NCBI GenBank assembly: GCA_963841435.1
Contig: CAWJCS010000006.1
Location: 672,001 to 736,000, forward strand
Source of the DNA: an uncultured delta proteobacterium
Lineage (GTDB): Bacteria > Myxococcota_A > Polyangia > Polyangiales > Polyangiaceae
Direction: 5' to 3'
DNA length: 64,000 nt
Made by a program: the position numbers and the translations under genes
In this document: one piece after another, positions 1 through 8,892 of the stretch
Numbering within the stretch: position 1 is the first letter of the stretch
Layout of the letters: every line of letters begins with the position of its first letter
Notes under the pieces: generated by a model
Told to the model about the DNA's origin: nothing
The model's database searches: none
What the model saw: only the letters and a program-made list of their open reading frames with translations

Positions 1-616
1 CGAGCTCGTCGTCGATGAAGGGCCACAAAAGGGCGCTCTGGTCACCGACGTACTTCTTCAGGATGGTCATCGTGCGCGCGTCGATGACGATGTTGAGCGG
101 CGCGGTCTCGGCGGACGCGTACGCGCCGAGCTGGTACTCGGGATCGAGCGCCATGGTGTAGGTGACGTCGAACGCCTCCACCCAGTTCTTGAGATCGGTG
201 ACGTCGGCGGGCTCGGCCTTCTCGTCCTGGAAGAGCGCACCGATGATCGCGAGGCCTCGTGGCCCGTACGTCGCGTAGCGGCCGGGCAGCGCGCGGTGCT
301 CGATTTGGCAGGCCGAGCACCAGAGCGCTGCGGTATTGAGGAGCACGAGCTCGTAGCGCTCGCCCGTCTCGTCGAGATAGCTCGAAAGCGCGACGGTCTG
401 GAGCGATGCGCTGGTGTGCGACGCGGTGTCGGGGTGTTTCCAGCCGCGAAAGCAGACGTTCGCCGCGGTGTCGCCTTCTTCGGTGCCGTAGGGGCCGTCC
501 GGGTAGTCCGGCGCGTTGCAGCTCGAGCCGCCGCCAATCAGCTCGGGCGGGATCTCGGGGCGGTTCGTCCCGCAGCCGCAGAAGAGGACGAGCAGAGCGA
601 CCGGCGCGAGCCTCAC
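1..616 (-). CDS. TlpA/redoxin-family thioredoxin-fold lipoprotein (partial, runs off the window edge)
   Basis: Not in the ORF track; translated by hand. The GTG at 616 overlaps the TGA of the upstream gene. It reads MRLAPVALLVLLCGC (lipobox)...GPYGTEEGD...LNTAALWCSACQIEH (WCxxC)...TAPLNIVID and stays open to base 1. Confidence 0.8.
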   Translation of the reverse strand, partial: MRLAPVALLVLFCGCGTNRPEIPPELIGGGSSCNAPDYPDGPYGTEEGDTAANVCFRGWKHPDTASHTSASLQTVALSSYLDETGERYELVLLNTAALWCSACQIEHRALPGRYATYGPRGLAIIGALFQDEKAEPADVTDLKNWVEAFDVTYTMALDPEYQLGAYASAETAPLNIVIDARTMTILKKYVGDQSALLWPFIDDEL

Positions 617-1527
617 TTCCGGCGCACTCCGAGGTTGGAAATCAGAGGCAAGCCGTCGGTCGCCGTGATGAAATCGCCGGAGCCATCGACGACGCCGTCG
701 CTGAACACCGCCCATTCGCCGTACGGCGCCCAGGGCTGCTCGCCTTCCGTCTGACCGACCTCGAGCCCTTCGAGCAGGAGCTCGACCTCGGTGCCCGGCG
801 CCCAACCAGCCGCATTCGGCAGCGTCAGCGTCGCCGCGGGGCAAAGCGTGGCTCCCACGGGCGCGAGCGCGAAAACGACCTCGAGCCCGGCGCCGTGATC
901 GAGCCCGCCGGGTAGGTCGGTGATCGGAAACTCTGCGGCGCGAAAGGCTCGGCCCGAGGGCGTGTCGTAGGGCGGCAACGGGTCGACGTCTACGCTCCCG
1001 TTCGACGAAAGCTCGAGCGTCACGCCGCCCGACGCTGCCGCCGTGCCGGGCCCGAGCGTCGCACCCAGCGCCGGCAGCCGGGGCAGGGAGACCGTGCCGA
1101 GATCGACGCCGTCCGGGTCGGGATCGAGCAGCAGCGCAAATCTTCCGTACTCGAACCCGTCGCCGTACTTGAAGGCCGGCTTCTTCAGGGCCGACGACAG
1201 GCCGGCCGCAACGTCACCGTTGCCGTTGGAAAGCGCCGGCGGGCTGCAAACGTCCACGCCGCACACCGTGACGAGCACGTCCGCCGCGGGCGCCCCTTCG
1301 AGATCGACGAGCCGCGCGGTCACGGTTCCGATCTCCACGGCGGCGAGTGACGGATCGGCGTAGCTCGGCCCCGGCTCGCAGGTGGGCGGGTGCGGCCCGT
1401 CCGTCGGCTGCTTTCGCACGGGGTCGCTCCCGCACCCGCCGAGCGCGAAAGAGAGCGGGAGGAGGGCGGCCAGGGCGCCGAATCGCGTCACGGCCGGCAT
1501 CGTGCCACGGACTCGCGTGGCCTTCAC
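613..1527 (-). CDS. Hypothetical lipoprotein (beta-rich, carboxypeptidase-regulatory-like N region)
   Basis: 304-aa ORF with lipobox LALLPLSFALGGC, tightly coupled to both neighbours (3-nt gap, GTGA overlap). Confidence 0.7.
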   Translation of the reverse strand: MKATRVRGTMPAVTRFGALAALLPLSFALGGCGSDPVRKQPTDGPHPPTCEPGPSYADPSLAAVEIGTVTARLVDLEGAPAADVLVTVCGVDVCSPPALSNGNGDVAAGLSSALKKPAFKYGDGFEYGRFALLLDPDPDGVDLGTVSLPRLPALGATLGPGTAAASGGVTLELSSNGSVDVDPLPPYDTPSGRAFRAAEFPITDLPGGLDHGAGLEVVFALAPVGATLCPAATLTLPNAAGWAPGTEVELLLEGLEVGQTEGEQPWAPYGEWAVFSDGVVDGSGDFITATDGLPLISNLGVRRK

Positions 1528-1530
1528 GCG

Positions 1531-3744
1531 TCAGAAGAGCACGCCCAGATACCAGCGGACCGTCTGCGCGATGCGGGTCTGCGCGTACTCGGGATTGCCC
1601 GTGTCCCGCGTGATCGCGTCGGCCTGGGTGCTCGTGTAGCCAAGGCCTGCCATGGGGAAAAGCACCCCGTAGTCGACTTCGGTGAAGAAGCCGCCGAGCG
1701 AGCCGGGTAGGTCGTTGAGAGCGCCGTCCTTGGCCTGGTAGTAGAGGCGGCCGTTCAGCTCGATGCCCAGGTCGCGGTCGTGGCCCGGCGCCTGGATGAA
1801 CTCGCTCGCGCGCGTCCAGATCGCAGCAAGCCCGCCGCCCACGCGCTGGCCGTTGGGATCGCGCAGGAAGTCGTAATCGGCGCTGGGTCGAAAATAGTAG
1901 CTGCCCTGAACCCGCGTGAGGATGTTGCGGTTCAGGATCATGTCGATGCGGTAGCTCGGGTGAAAGCGAAACTCGGAGAACGTCCGGTCGCCGCGCTGGG
2001 CCTGTGAGCCCATGCCGGGAACGAGGCCGTCGACGTCCGGGTCGCCTTCGGCCCAGCCGAACTTGAAGCCGAGAATGAGCCGGTCCTCGACGAGCTTCTG
2101 CTCGAGCTCGGTGGCAAAGCCCCACGACGCGAGCGTGTAGCCCGGGTCGCTCGGATCGCTCACGCCATTGCGTGGATCGATGTTGCCGATCGACCCCTGC
2201 ACGGTGATCGCTTCGGCCTCGAAGCGGAACTTCTGGTACTGAAGCTTGAGCCACAGGCTCGGGATCCACGCGGTCGCGTCGCGGCGCACGTAGCCGCTGC
2301 CCACGGTGCCGTTCGGACAGCCGAGCGCCTGGGCCCCGTCGGCGCAGTCGCCGCTCGTGCTCGTGACGCTGCTCGCCGCACGGTCGTTGGCGACCGTCTG
2401 ATGCCGATAGACGAGCTGCAGTCCGCCGTTCAAGAGCACCTCGCCCCGCGCGAGGCTCAGGCGCTCGAGCTCCGGGCTCTTCTTGCGCACGATCGAGAAC
2501 GCGTACTGATCGACGTCGTCGAGCTGGGAAAGATCGTAAGGCTCCGGGTTCGGCAGCGTCGTCGTGTCGCTCGTGATGCCTTCGTTCGGGAAGTCCCACG
2601 CCGCGGAGAAGTAGAGGTCGAGCGGCTTGATGCCGCTGATCGCTTGCACGCGGTCGACGGTGGACTGGGCGTCGTCGTCGTGGCCGTCACCGCCGTTCCA
2701 CATGATGCCGAGGCCCCAGTGAAACGGCATGCGCCCGAAGCGCAGCTCACCGATGGGCATCGAGTATTCGCCCCACGCGCGCTTGACGCGGATGCTGTCC
2801 TTGAGCGAGTTGACACCGGCCGAAGGCGGCACCTGCGTGTCGTCGTAGAAGCCGAGCGGGGTGTAGCCGCCGTTGGCGCTCACGGCGTAGCCGCCGTCGG
2901 CGGACGGCAGATTCGCGTAGCCGCTGGGCGTCGAACCGAGCACCAGGTTGTCGAGCAAGTCGATCTGGGAAAGGACGCGCAGGTTGTCCGAGATGTGAAG
3001 CTCGGGGTTGAGCCGAAAGCGCAGATTCGCCCCGGCCTGCATGTTGGCTTGGCAGTCTTGCGTCGCGCTCGCGGTGCTCGAGCCGGTGCCGCCTCGTTCC
3101 TCTGGCGTACACACCTGCGCGCCGTGGAGCTGACCGTCGGTGTCCTGGTAGCGATCGTCTTCCGGGCGCGGCCACATGGCGCGCGCCAGCGGGTCGAGAC
3201 GCCCGAGCCCGAATTTGTGAAAGAGCTGAGCGCGCAGCCGGAAGTAGCCGTGGATCTCGAGGATCGGGCGTGCGTGTGCCCACCAGTCTTCCGCGTACAC
3301 GCGATCGGCTTCGTCGATCTTGTCGCCGGGCCGCGCCTCGGGCCGCTTGTCACCCTGACGTTCGAGCGCGTGGGCATCGGCGCTCGGCTCCGGCCAGAGC
3401 GGCAGCCCCGCATTCATGGGGGCCGTCGGCGCTGGCGCCGGCGCGGGCGCGGCATCGCTCGGCGTCGGCTCTTCGGTTTCGGGCGCGTCGGCGTCGGCTT
3501 CGCTGTCGGCGTCAGGCGCGGGCTCGGACGGTGCCGGTCCCTTCGGTGCCGTCGTGGCGGGTGCCTTCGGTGCTGCGGCAGCGGGTGCCTCCGGTGCAGC
3601 GGCGGCGGGTGCCTTCACGGGCGGTGCCGCCGGCTTCGCGGGCTTCTCTGTCTGAGCGCCCGCCGTGCTCGGGTAGAGCGCCGACATCGTCGGGGTGAGC
3701 GCCAGAGCGGCGAGCAATCTCTTCGTTGCGGAGAGGCGAGACAT
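1531..3744 (-). CDS. TIGR04551-like myxobacterial outer-membrane beta-barrel protein
   Basis: Signal peptide (MSRLSATKRLLAALAL...AGA) and Pro/Ala linker, then HGYFRLR, ANLRFRLNPELHISDNLRVLSQIDLLDN and FGRMPFHWGLG. It ends in YLGVLF, a C-terminal Phe typical of barrels. Start trimmed to ATG 3744. Confidence 0.7.
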   Translation of the reverse strand: MSRLSATKRLLAALALTPTMSALYPSTAGAQTEKPAKPAAPPVKAPAAAAPEAPAAAAPKAPATTAPKGPAPSEPAPDADSEADADAPETEEPTPSDAAPAPAPAPTAPMNAGLPLWPEPSADAHALERQGDKRPEARPGDKIDEADRVYAEDWWAHARPILEIHGYFRLRAQLFHKFGLGRLDPLARAMWPRPEDDRYQDTDGQLHGAQVCTPEERGGTGSSTASATQDCQANMQAGANLRFRLNPELHISDNLRVLSQIDLLDNLVLGSTPSGYANLPSADGGYAVSANGGYTPLGFYDDTQVPPSAGVNSLKDSIRVKRAWGEYSMPIGELRFGRMPFHWGLGIMWNGGDGHDDDAQSTVDRVQAISGIKPLDLYFSAAWDFPNEGITSDTTTLPNPEPYDLSQLDDVDQYAFSIVRKKSPELERLSLARGEVLLNGGLQLVYRHQTVANDRAASSVTSTSGDCADGAQALGCPNGTVGSGYVRRDATAWIPSLWLKLQYQKFRFEAEAITVQGSIGNIDPRNGVSDPSDPGYTLASWGFATELEQKLVEDRLILGFKFGWAEGDPDVDGLVPGMGSQAQRGDRTFSEFRFHPSYRIDMILNRNILTRVQGSYYFRPSADYDFLRDPNGQRVGGGLAAIWTRASEFIQAPGHDRDLGIELNGRLYYQAKDGALNDLPGSLGGFFTEVDYGVLFPMAGLGYTSTQADAITRDTGNPEYAQTRIAQTVRWYLGVLF

Positions 3745-3846
3745 CTTTTGTTTGGCGGAGGACCGGCGGAACGGGGGGCCCCGGGCGCGGGCCGGCGCGG
3801 GCAGACGGACCTTTCGCACGCAGCCTAGAAAGCTGTCAACGTCGCT

Positions 3847-5004
3847 TCATTCGGGCTCGGTAGAAGGGTGCCGAAACGCCTCGACCAGCTCCCGCCCGAG
3901 CTCCGCGGCGCGCTCCTGGGGGTCAGGCTCCGTCGGGGGGACGGCGGGCAGCTGGTGGTCCGAGACCGTCTTGGCGAGCTTGGCGAGCTCCTTCTGGAAC
4001 AGCCAGCCGGGGCCCGACGGGAGGTCCAGAGCGGCGCGGAATGCCTCGCCGAGGTCGATTGCGGTCGCGAAACGCAAGACCGGGTCCTTGGCGAGCGCTC
4101 GGGCGAAGAGCACGTCGAGGACGGCCGGCGCCGTCGTGACGAGGCTCGTCACGGGTGGAGGCGCCTCGTGCAGCTGCGCGGTGCGGACCTCGAGCTCGCT
4201 TCGCCCTTGATGATCGAACGGCGTCGCGCCGGTCACGAGCTCGTAAAGAACGATCGCGGCCGAGTAGAGATCCGACCGGGCGTCCTGTGGGTCACCGCGC
4301 ACGGCCTCGGGTGACATGTACGCGCCCGTACCCGGTGCGACGCCGCCGGTCTGAGCGGCGTGGTCGGCTGGAATGCGCGCGATGCCGAAGTCGGTAAGCT
4401 TCACGATGCCGTCGGTGCGTGCGATCACGTTCGCCGGCTTGACGTCACGGTGCAAGATGTCGAGCTCGTGCACGGCGGCGAGCGCACCGAGCAGCTGCGC
4501 GAAGTAGTGCCACGCGAGCAAGAACGGCACGGCGGGGACGCGCGGCGACGGCCTCGACAGCACCGCACGCTGCACGATGCTCGAGAGCGGCTCGCCGTGC
4601 ACGAGCTCCATGACGATGGCCGTCTGGCCGTCGTCTTCGGCGAGCGCAAAGAAATGCACGATGTTGGGATGCGAGAGCCGACTCAGCGCTTCGGCTTCGC
4701 GCGAAAACAGCAGCCGGGCCCGCTCTCGACCCCTGAGCAATGGGTGCAGGATCTTGATGGCCACCGGGTGCGGCGGCATCGCCCCCTTGGTGCCGGTGGG
4801 ATCGTAATAGAGCCAGCCGCGGTACACGATTCCCATTCCGCCCTCGCCAATCTCGTGACCGAGGACGACGCGCCCGAGGCCGGCCACCGAGAGCTCGGAG
4901 CCCGGCCCGAGCCGGCGCGGCGCCGCGAGCACCGGGACACCACAGTAGGGGCAGAATCTCGCCCCGTCCTCGACGCTACTCCGGCAGGCCGCACACACCG
5001 GCAT
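3847..5004 (-). CDS. Ser/Thr protein kinase with N-terminal zinc ribbon, cytoplasmic
   Basis: CAAC..FCPYCG ribbon; GEGGMGIVY, VAIK, HRDVKPAN, DFG and YMSPE motifs; no transmembrane segment. Confidence 0.9.
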   Translation of the reverse strand: MPVCAACRSSVEDGARFCPYCGVPVLAAPRRLGPGSELSVAGLGRVVLGHEIGEGGMGIVYRGWLYYDPTGTKGAMPPHPVAIKILHPLLRGRERARLLFSREAEALSRLSHPNIVHFFALAEDDGQTAIVMELVHGEPLSSIVQRAVLSRPSPRVPAVPFLLAWHYFAQLLGALAAVHELDILHRDVKPANVIARTDGIVKLTDFGIARIPADHAAQTGGVAPGTGAYMSPEAVRGDPQDARSDLYSAAIVLYELVTGATPFDHQGRSELEVRTAQLHEAPPPVTSLVTTAPAVLDVLFARALAKDPVLRFATAIDLGEAFRAALDLPSGPGWLFQKELAKLAKTVSDHQLPAVPPTEPDPQERAAELGRELVEAFRHPSTEPE

Positions 5005-5222
5005 ACATCTACGAGCCTACACCCTCGAGTCGTGAAACCTTCCCTGCCGTTGCGCCGGCCACCCGGACGAACGCCGTGCGTCGTTCACCGCCGCGGGGGC
5101 GACGCGACATTGTTGCGATTGAACGCCGTTTCGTGCGAAATTTCAGCCACGGTTTTAACTCGGACCGCTTCTGCTCCGTTCCAAGGGGGCGTCCGAGACA
5201 CCCCTGCTAGGAGAAAACCAGC

Positions 5223-6758
5223 GTGCATCACCGCCGGGCCCTTGTCGCTCGCTCTGTCCGTCGTTCGCTCGCGGCCGCGGTGGGTTCCGCGCCGCTCTGG
5301 CTCGCGAGCGTTGCGCTCGCTCAGACGCCCGTGGGGAAGGAGTTCTCCGCCGAGCGCTTCTCGCCCGCGGCGGGTCCGCGCAACTACTTCACCACGCGCG
5401 GTGCTCGCACCGACGGCGAGATGGCGTGGAGCCTCGGGATCCTCGCTGACTATGCCAACGAGCCGATCGTCGTCGAATCGTGTGTCTCGAACGCGGGTTG
5501 CGATCCGAGCATCGCGTCGGAGATCGTCGAGCTCAAGGTCGTCGAAAATCAGGTGCTCGGCAGCGTGATGGGGTCGTTCACGCCCATCCCGCGCTTGCAG
5601 CTCGGACTCCGGCTGCCCGTCGGCTATTCGAAGGGCCACGGCATCAACGAGCTCGGTCAGGCCGAGCCGCTCGCCAAGTTCGGCATGGCCGATCCCGAGC
5701 TCGAGGCGAAGTTTCGCGCCTTCGGCGAGGCGAAATCGCCGATCGTCGGCGGTGTCGCGCTGTACGGCACGGCGCCACTCGGCCACCTCACGGCAGATCG
5801 CGCCTACCTGGGCGACGAGACGCCGGGCGGCGGTGTGCGCCTGATCTTCGACGGCGAAGCCGGCATGCTGTCGTTCGGCGTGAACCTTGGCGGCGTGCTG
5901 CGCGGCCAGGGCGAGCTCGGCTCCGTCAAGGTCGGCTCGGAGATGCGCTACGGCCTCGCCGTGGGCGTGCGGCCGAGCCCGATCTTCCGCGTGCTCGTCG
6001 ACACCTTCGGCAGCACACGCTTCACGGGTACTTCGGGTGAGAACGCGCTCGAGCTCGACGGCGGCGTGCAGGTCACGCCGCTCGGTTCGACGCTGCTCAT
6101 CAACGTCGGCGCCGGCACGAGCCTCGTCTACGGTGTCGGCACGCCGGCCCTCCGTGCGCTGATCGGTGCGACCTACGCGATCGAGAAGAGTGACCGCGAC
6201 AACGACGGCTTCGACGACAACGACGACCAGTGCCCGACCGAGCCCGAGGATCGCGACGGATACGAGGATTCCGACGGTTGCCCGGATCCCGACAACGACC
6301 TCGACACCATCCCCGACGTGGCCGACAAGTGCCCGAACCAGGCCGAGGACGCCGACGGCTTCGAGGACCTCGACGGCTGCCCCGAGCTCGACAACGACAA
6401 GGACGGCATCCCCGACGTCAGCGATCGCTGCCCGAACGAGCCGGAGACGAAGAACGGCTTCGACGACGACGACGGCTGCCCCGACGTTTCCGATCGCGAC
6501 CGCGACGGCGTCCCTGACGACAAGGACGCGTGCCCCGACGAGCCCGAGGATACCGACGGGTTCGAGGACACCGACGGCTGCCCCGATCCGGACAACGACA
6601 AGGACGGCATCCCCGACAATCAGGACGAGTGCGTGGACGAGCCCGAGACGATGAACGGCTTCCAGGACGAGGACGGCTGCCCCGACGAGAAGGGCAAGGC
6701 GAAGCCGAAGGCCGCGAAGCCGGCCCCCGCCCAGCAGCAACCGATCGATCTCGACTGA
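5223..6758 (+). CDS. TraB-like outer-membrane beta-barrel protein with thrombospondin type 3 repeats (no OmpA domain)
   Basis: RBS AGGAG upstream; signal peptide ending ALA-Q; ERFSPAAGPRNYF barrel start; five ~33-aa DxDxDGxxDxxDxCP..E..DG..D.DGCP repeats. Confidence 0.8.
   Translation: MHHRRALVARSVRRSLAAAVGSAPLWLASVALAQTPVGKEFSAERFSPAAGPRNYFTTRGARTDGEMAWSLGILADYANEPIVVESCVSNAGCDPSIASEIVELKVVENQVLGSVMGSFTPIPRLQLGLRLPVGYSKGHGINELGQAEPLAKFGMADPELEAKFRAFGEAKSPIVGGVALYGTAPLGHLTADRAYLGDETPGGGVRLIFDGEAGMLSFGVNLGGVLRGQGELGSVKVGSEMRYGLAVGVRPSPIFRVLVDTFGSTRFTGTSGENALELDGGVQVTPLGSTLLINVGAGTSLVYGVGTPALRALIGATYAIEKSDRDNDGFDDNDDQCPTEPEDRDGYEDSDGCPDPDNDLDTIPDVADKCPNQAEDADGFEDLDGCPELDNDKDGIPDVSDRCPNEPETKNGFDDDDGCPDVSDRDRDGVPDDKDACPDEPEDTDGFEDTDGCPDPDNDKDGIPDNQDECVDEPETMNGFQDEDGCPDEKGKAKPKAAKPAPAQQQPIDLD
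6192..6688 (+). repeat. Five ~99-bp coding repeats (TSP3 Ca-binding units)
   Basis: Units DRDNDGF..DGCPDP, DNDLDTI..DGCPEL, DNDKDGI..DGCPDV, DRDRDGV..DGCPDP and DNDKDGI..DGCPDE. Confidence 0.85.
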
Positions 6759-6761
6759 GCC

Positions 6762-7289
6762 ATGCAGCGCCGCGACGCGATGCTCGGTTTCTTGATCGCC
6801 CTTGCGCTGGGCGGCTGTGGTGGCTCTCTCGGCGGAGCGAAATCGGGGACGTCGGGCGAAGCCGCAAAGCTCGTCGGCGCCCCGGCGCCCGATTTCTCGC
6901 TCGAGCCCGTGGGCGGCGGCGCGCCGGTCACGCCGTCGGCGTTCAAGGGCCACGTTCTGATCGTCGATTTCTGGGCAACGTGGTGCGCGCCATGCCGCCA
7001 GTCGTTCCCCGCCTACCAGCGGCTCGTAGAAGAGTTCGGCGGCAAGCTCGTCGTCGTGGGCGTGAGCGTCAACGACGACGCTTCGGGCATCGCGGACTTC
7101 CGTTCCCAGACGGGCGTGAAATTCCCGCTCGTGTGGGACGAGGGGCAGCACGTCGCCGGCGCCTACGAGCCCGGCACGATGCCCACCTCGTACGTCGTCG
7201 ACAAGTCCGGCATCGTGACGGCTGTCCACGAAGGCTTTCACGCCGGGGACGAGGAAGCGCTGCGTAACGACGTGAAGGCGCTGCTCTAA
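6762..7289 (+). CDS. TlpA-family disulfide reductase lipoprotein
   Basis: Lipobox LALGGC; APDFSL; DFWATWCAPC; MPTSYVVDKSG. Confidence 0.9.
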   Translation: MQRRDAMLGFLIALALGGCGGSLGGAKSGTSGEAAKLVGAPAPDFSLEPVGGGAPVTPSAFKGHVLIVDFWATWCAPCRQSFPAYQRLVEEFGGKLVVVGVSVNDDASGIADFRSQTGVKFPLVWDEGQHVAGAYEPGTMPTSYVVDKSGIVTAVHEGFHAGDEEALRNDVKALL

Positions 7290-7517
7290 TCGCCGTCGCG
7301 AGCGACGCGCTCGCGCGTCGCGATCGGTCTTTTCCGAGTCTCGACGGGTCGTGTTGGCGGGGGCTCTGGCCCGCGGGATAATCCCGGCCGGACGGATTCC
7401 GGCGCGTGGTGGCGCGCATCGCACCCGCTCCCACCATCGCGGAACTCCTGCTACCGAAATGGGTCGGTGGGCCGTATCGCGCTTGCCGACTGCTGCTCGC
7501 GCCCGTCATCATGAGGG

Positions 7518-8336
7518 ATGCGCCTTGCGCTCCGCGCGTTCTGCCTCTCGCTGCTCATGGCGGCCGGCAGTGCCCACGCGGTACCACCGAGGGTGAGTGA
7601 CCTTGCCGCGCGCCTGCGCAGCGCCGAGGACTTTCGCGTGCGCGTTCAGGCCGCGCTCGAGCTCGGCAAGAGCGCCGATCCCGAGGCGCTCGACCCGCTG
7701 TCCGGAGCGCTCCGCGACCCCAACGCTTCCGTCAGGGCAGCGGCCGCGGCCGCGCTCGGGGAGCTCGGAGACGTGGACGCGATCCCGGCGCTCAAGGAGC
7801 ACCGGCTCGACAGATCGGACGCCGTACGCCGTCAAATCAGGGCGACGCTCGCGGCTCTGAGCGCGCAGGCGGACGGCGGCCCCCGCAAAGCGCGCCTGCT
7901 CGTCAAGATCGGGATGATGAAGAACCAGACCAGCGTGAGGAGCACGCAGATCGAGGTGGAGCTCGAGCAGGAATCACGCCGCAAGCTCGACGAGCTGCCA
8001 GGGGTCCGCGTGTTGCTTCAGAGCGACGATTCCAAGGCAGAGTCCGCCAAGAGCAAGTTGCCGGTCGTCATGGTCTCCGGACACATCCAGCGGCTGCAGG
8101 CCTCGCGTGACGGTGCCGATGTCGTTTATTCGGCCAGCGTCGAGTACGTGCTCCACACGATGCCCGACCAATCGATTGCTGCGAAGGTTTCGGGCAGCGC
8201 CAGCGGCACTCTGACCCAGGCGGAAGCCAAGAACGAGGGGCGAGCCGCCGAGCTCCGCCACCAAGTGCTCGGCGCGGCGATCGCCAGCGCCCTGCGGCGG
8301 GCGCCTCGGGCCCTGCTTGCCGCAGCGCGCCTTTGA
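7518..8336 (+). CDS. Exported HEAT-repeat protein
   Basis: Signal peptide ending AHA; HEAT-like units DFRVRVQAALELG, DPNASVRAAAAAALG and DRSDAVR. Confidence 0.75.
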   Translation: MRLALRAFCLSLLMAAGSAHAVPPRVSDLAARLRSAEDFRVRVQAALELGKSADPEALDPLSGALRDPNASVRAAAAAALGELGDVDAIPALKEHRLDRSDAVRRQIRATLAALSAQADGGPRKARLLVKIGMMKNQTSVRSTQIEVELEQESRRKLDELPGVRVLLQSDDSKAESAKSKLPVVMVSGHIQRLQASRDGADVVYSASVEYVLHTMPDQSIAAKVSGSASGTLTQAEAKNEGRAAELRHQVLGAAIASALRRAPRALLAAARL

Positions 8337-8384
8337 AGATCGGACGCGACAAGGTGCTCGGTCCGCAGTAAAAAGGGCCTCGAG

Positions 8385-8834
8385 GTGTCTCAGTCGGAAC
8401 CCGCCCTCGAGCCCGAGCCGTTGCGCGCGATTCTCTGGACGGACGGCGCAGCGCGCGGCAACCCCGGCCCCGCGGGGATCGGCGTGGTGCTAAAGACGCC
8501 CGAGGGAGAGATCCTCGCGACCGAGGCCGAGTTCGTCGGCCACACGACCAACAACGTCGCCGAGTATCGCGCCCTTTTGCGCGGGCTCGAGCGCGCGCTC
8601 GAGTGCGGCGTGCGCCATCTCGAAGTCCGTGCGGATTCCGAGCTGCTCATCCGACAGCTCCTCGGGCAGTACCGCGTGAAGAGCGAGGGGCTACGTCCGC
8701 TGTTCCAGAAGGCCAGCGAGCTCTTGCGCCGCTTCGCATCGACGCGGCTCGTGCACGTGCGGCGGGAGCTCAACACCGAGGCGGACCGCCTGGCCAACGA
8801 GGGCATCCGCCGCGCCGCGCGCCGGCCTGCCTGA
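8385..8834 (+). CDS. rnhA: Ribonuclease HI family protein
   Basis: [25 protein letters not shown] and NTEADRLAN carry the D/E/D/D catalytic set. Confidence 0.88.
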   Translation: MSQSEPALEPEPLRAILWTDGAARGNPGPAGIGVVLKTPEGEILATEAEFVGHTTNNVAEYRALLRGLERALECGVRHLEVRADSELLIRQLLGQYRVKSEGLRPLFQKASELLRRFASTRLVHVRRELNTEADRLANEGIRRAARRPA

Positions 8835-8892
8835 GCCCGAAACCCGTCGAGGCCCCAACCACCCGCGAAGTGGTGCTAGGGATCCACCCTCC

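Noticed and set aside
6192-6688. Regularly spaced repeats as a possible CRISPR array
   Set aside because: They are degenerate, in-frame TSP3 coding repeats, with no identical repeat/unique spacer pattern and no cas genes.
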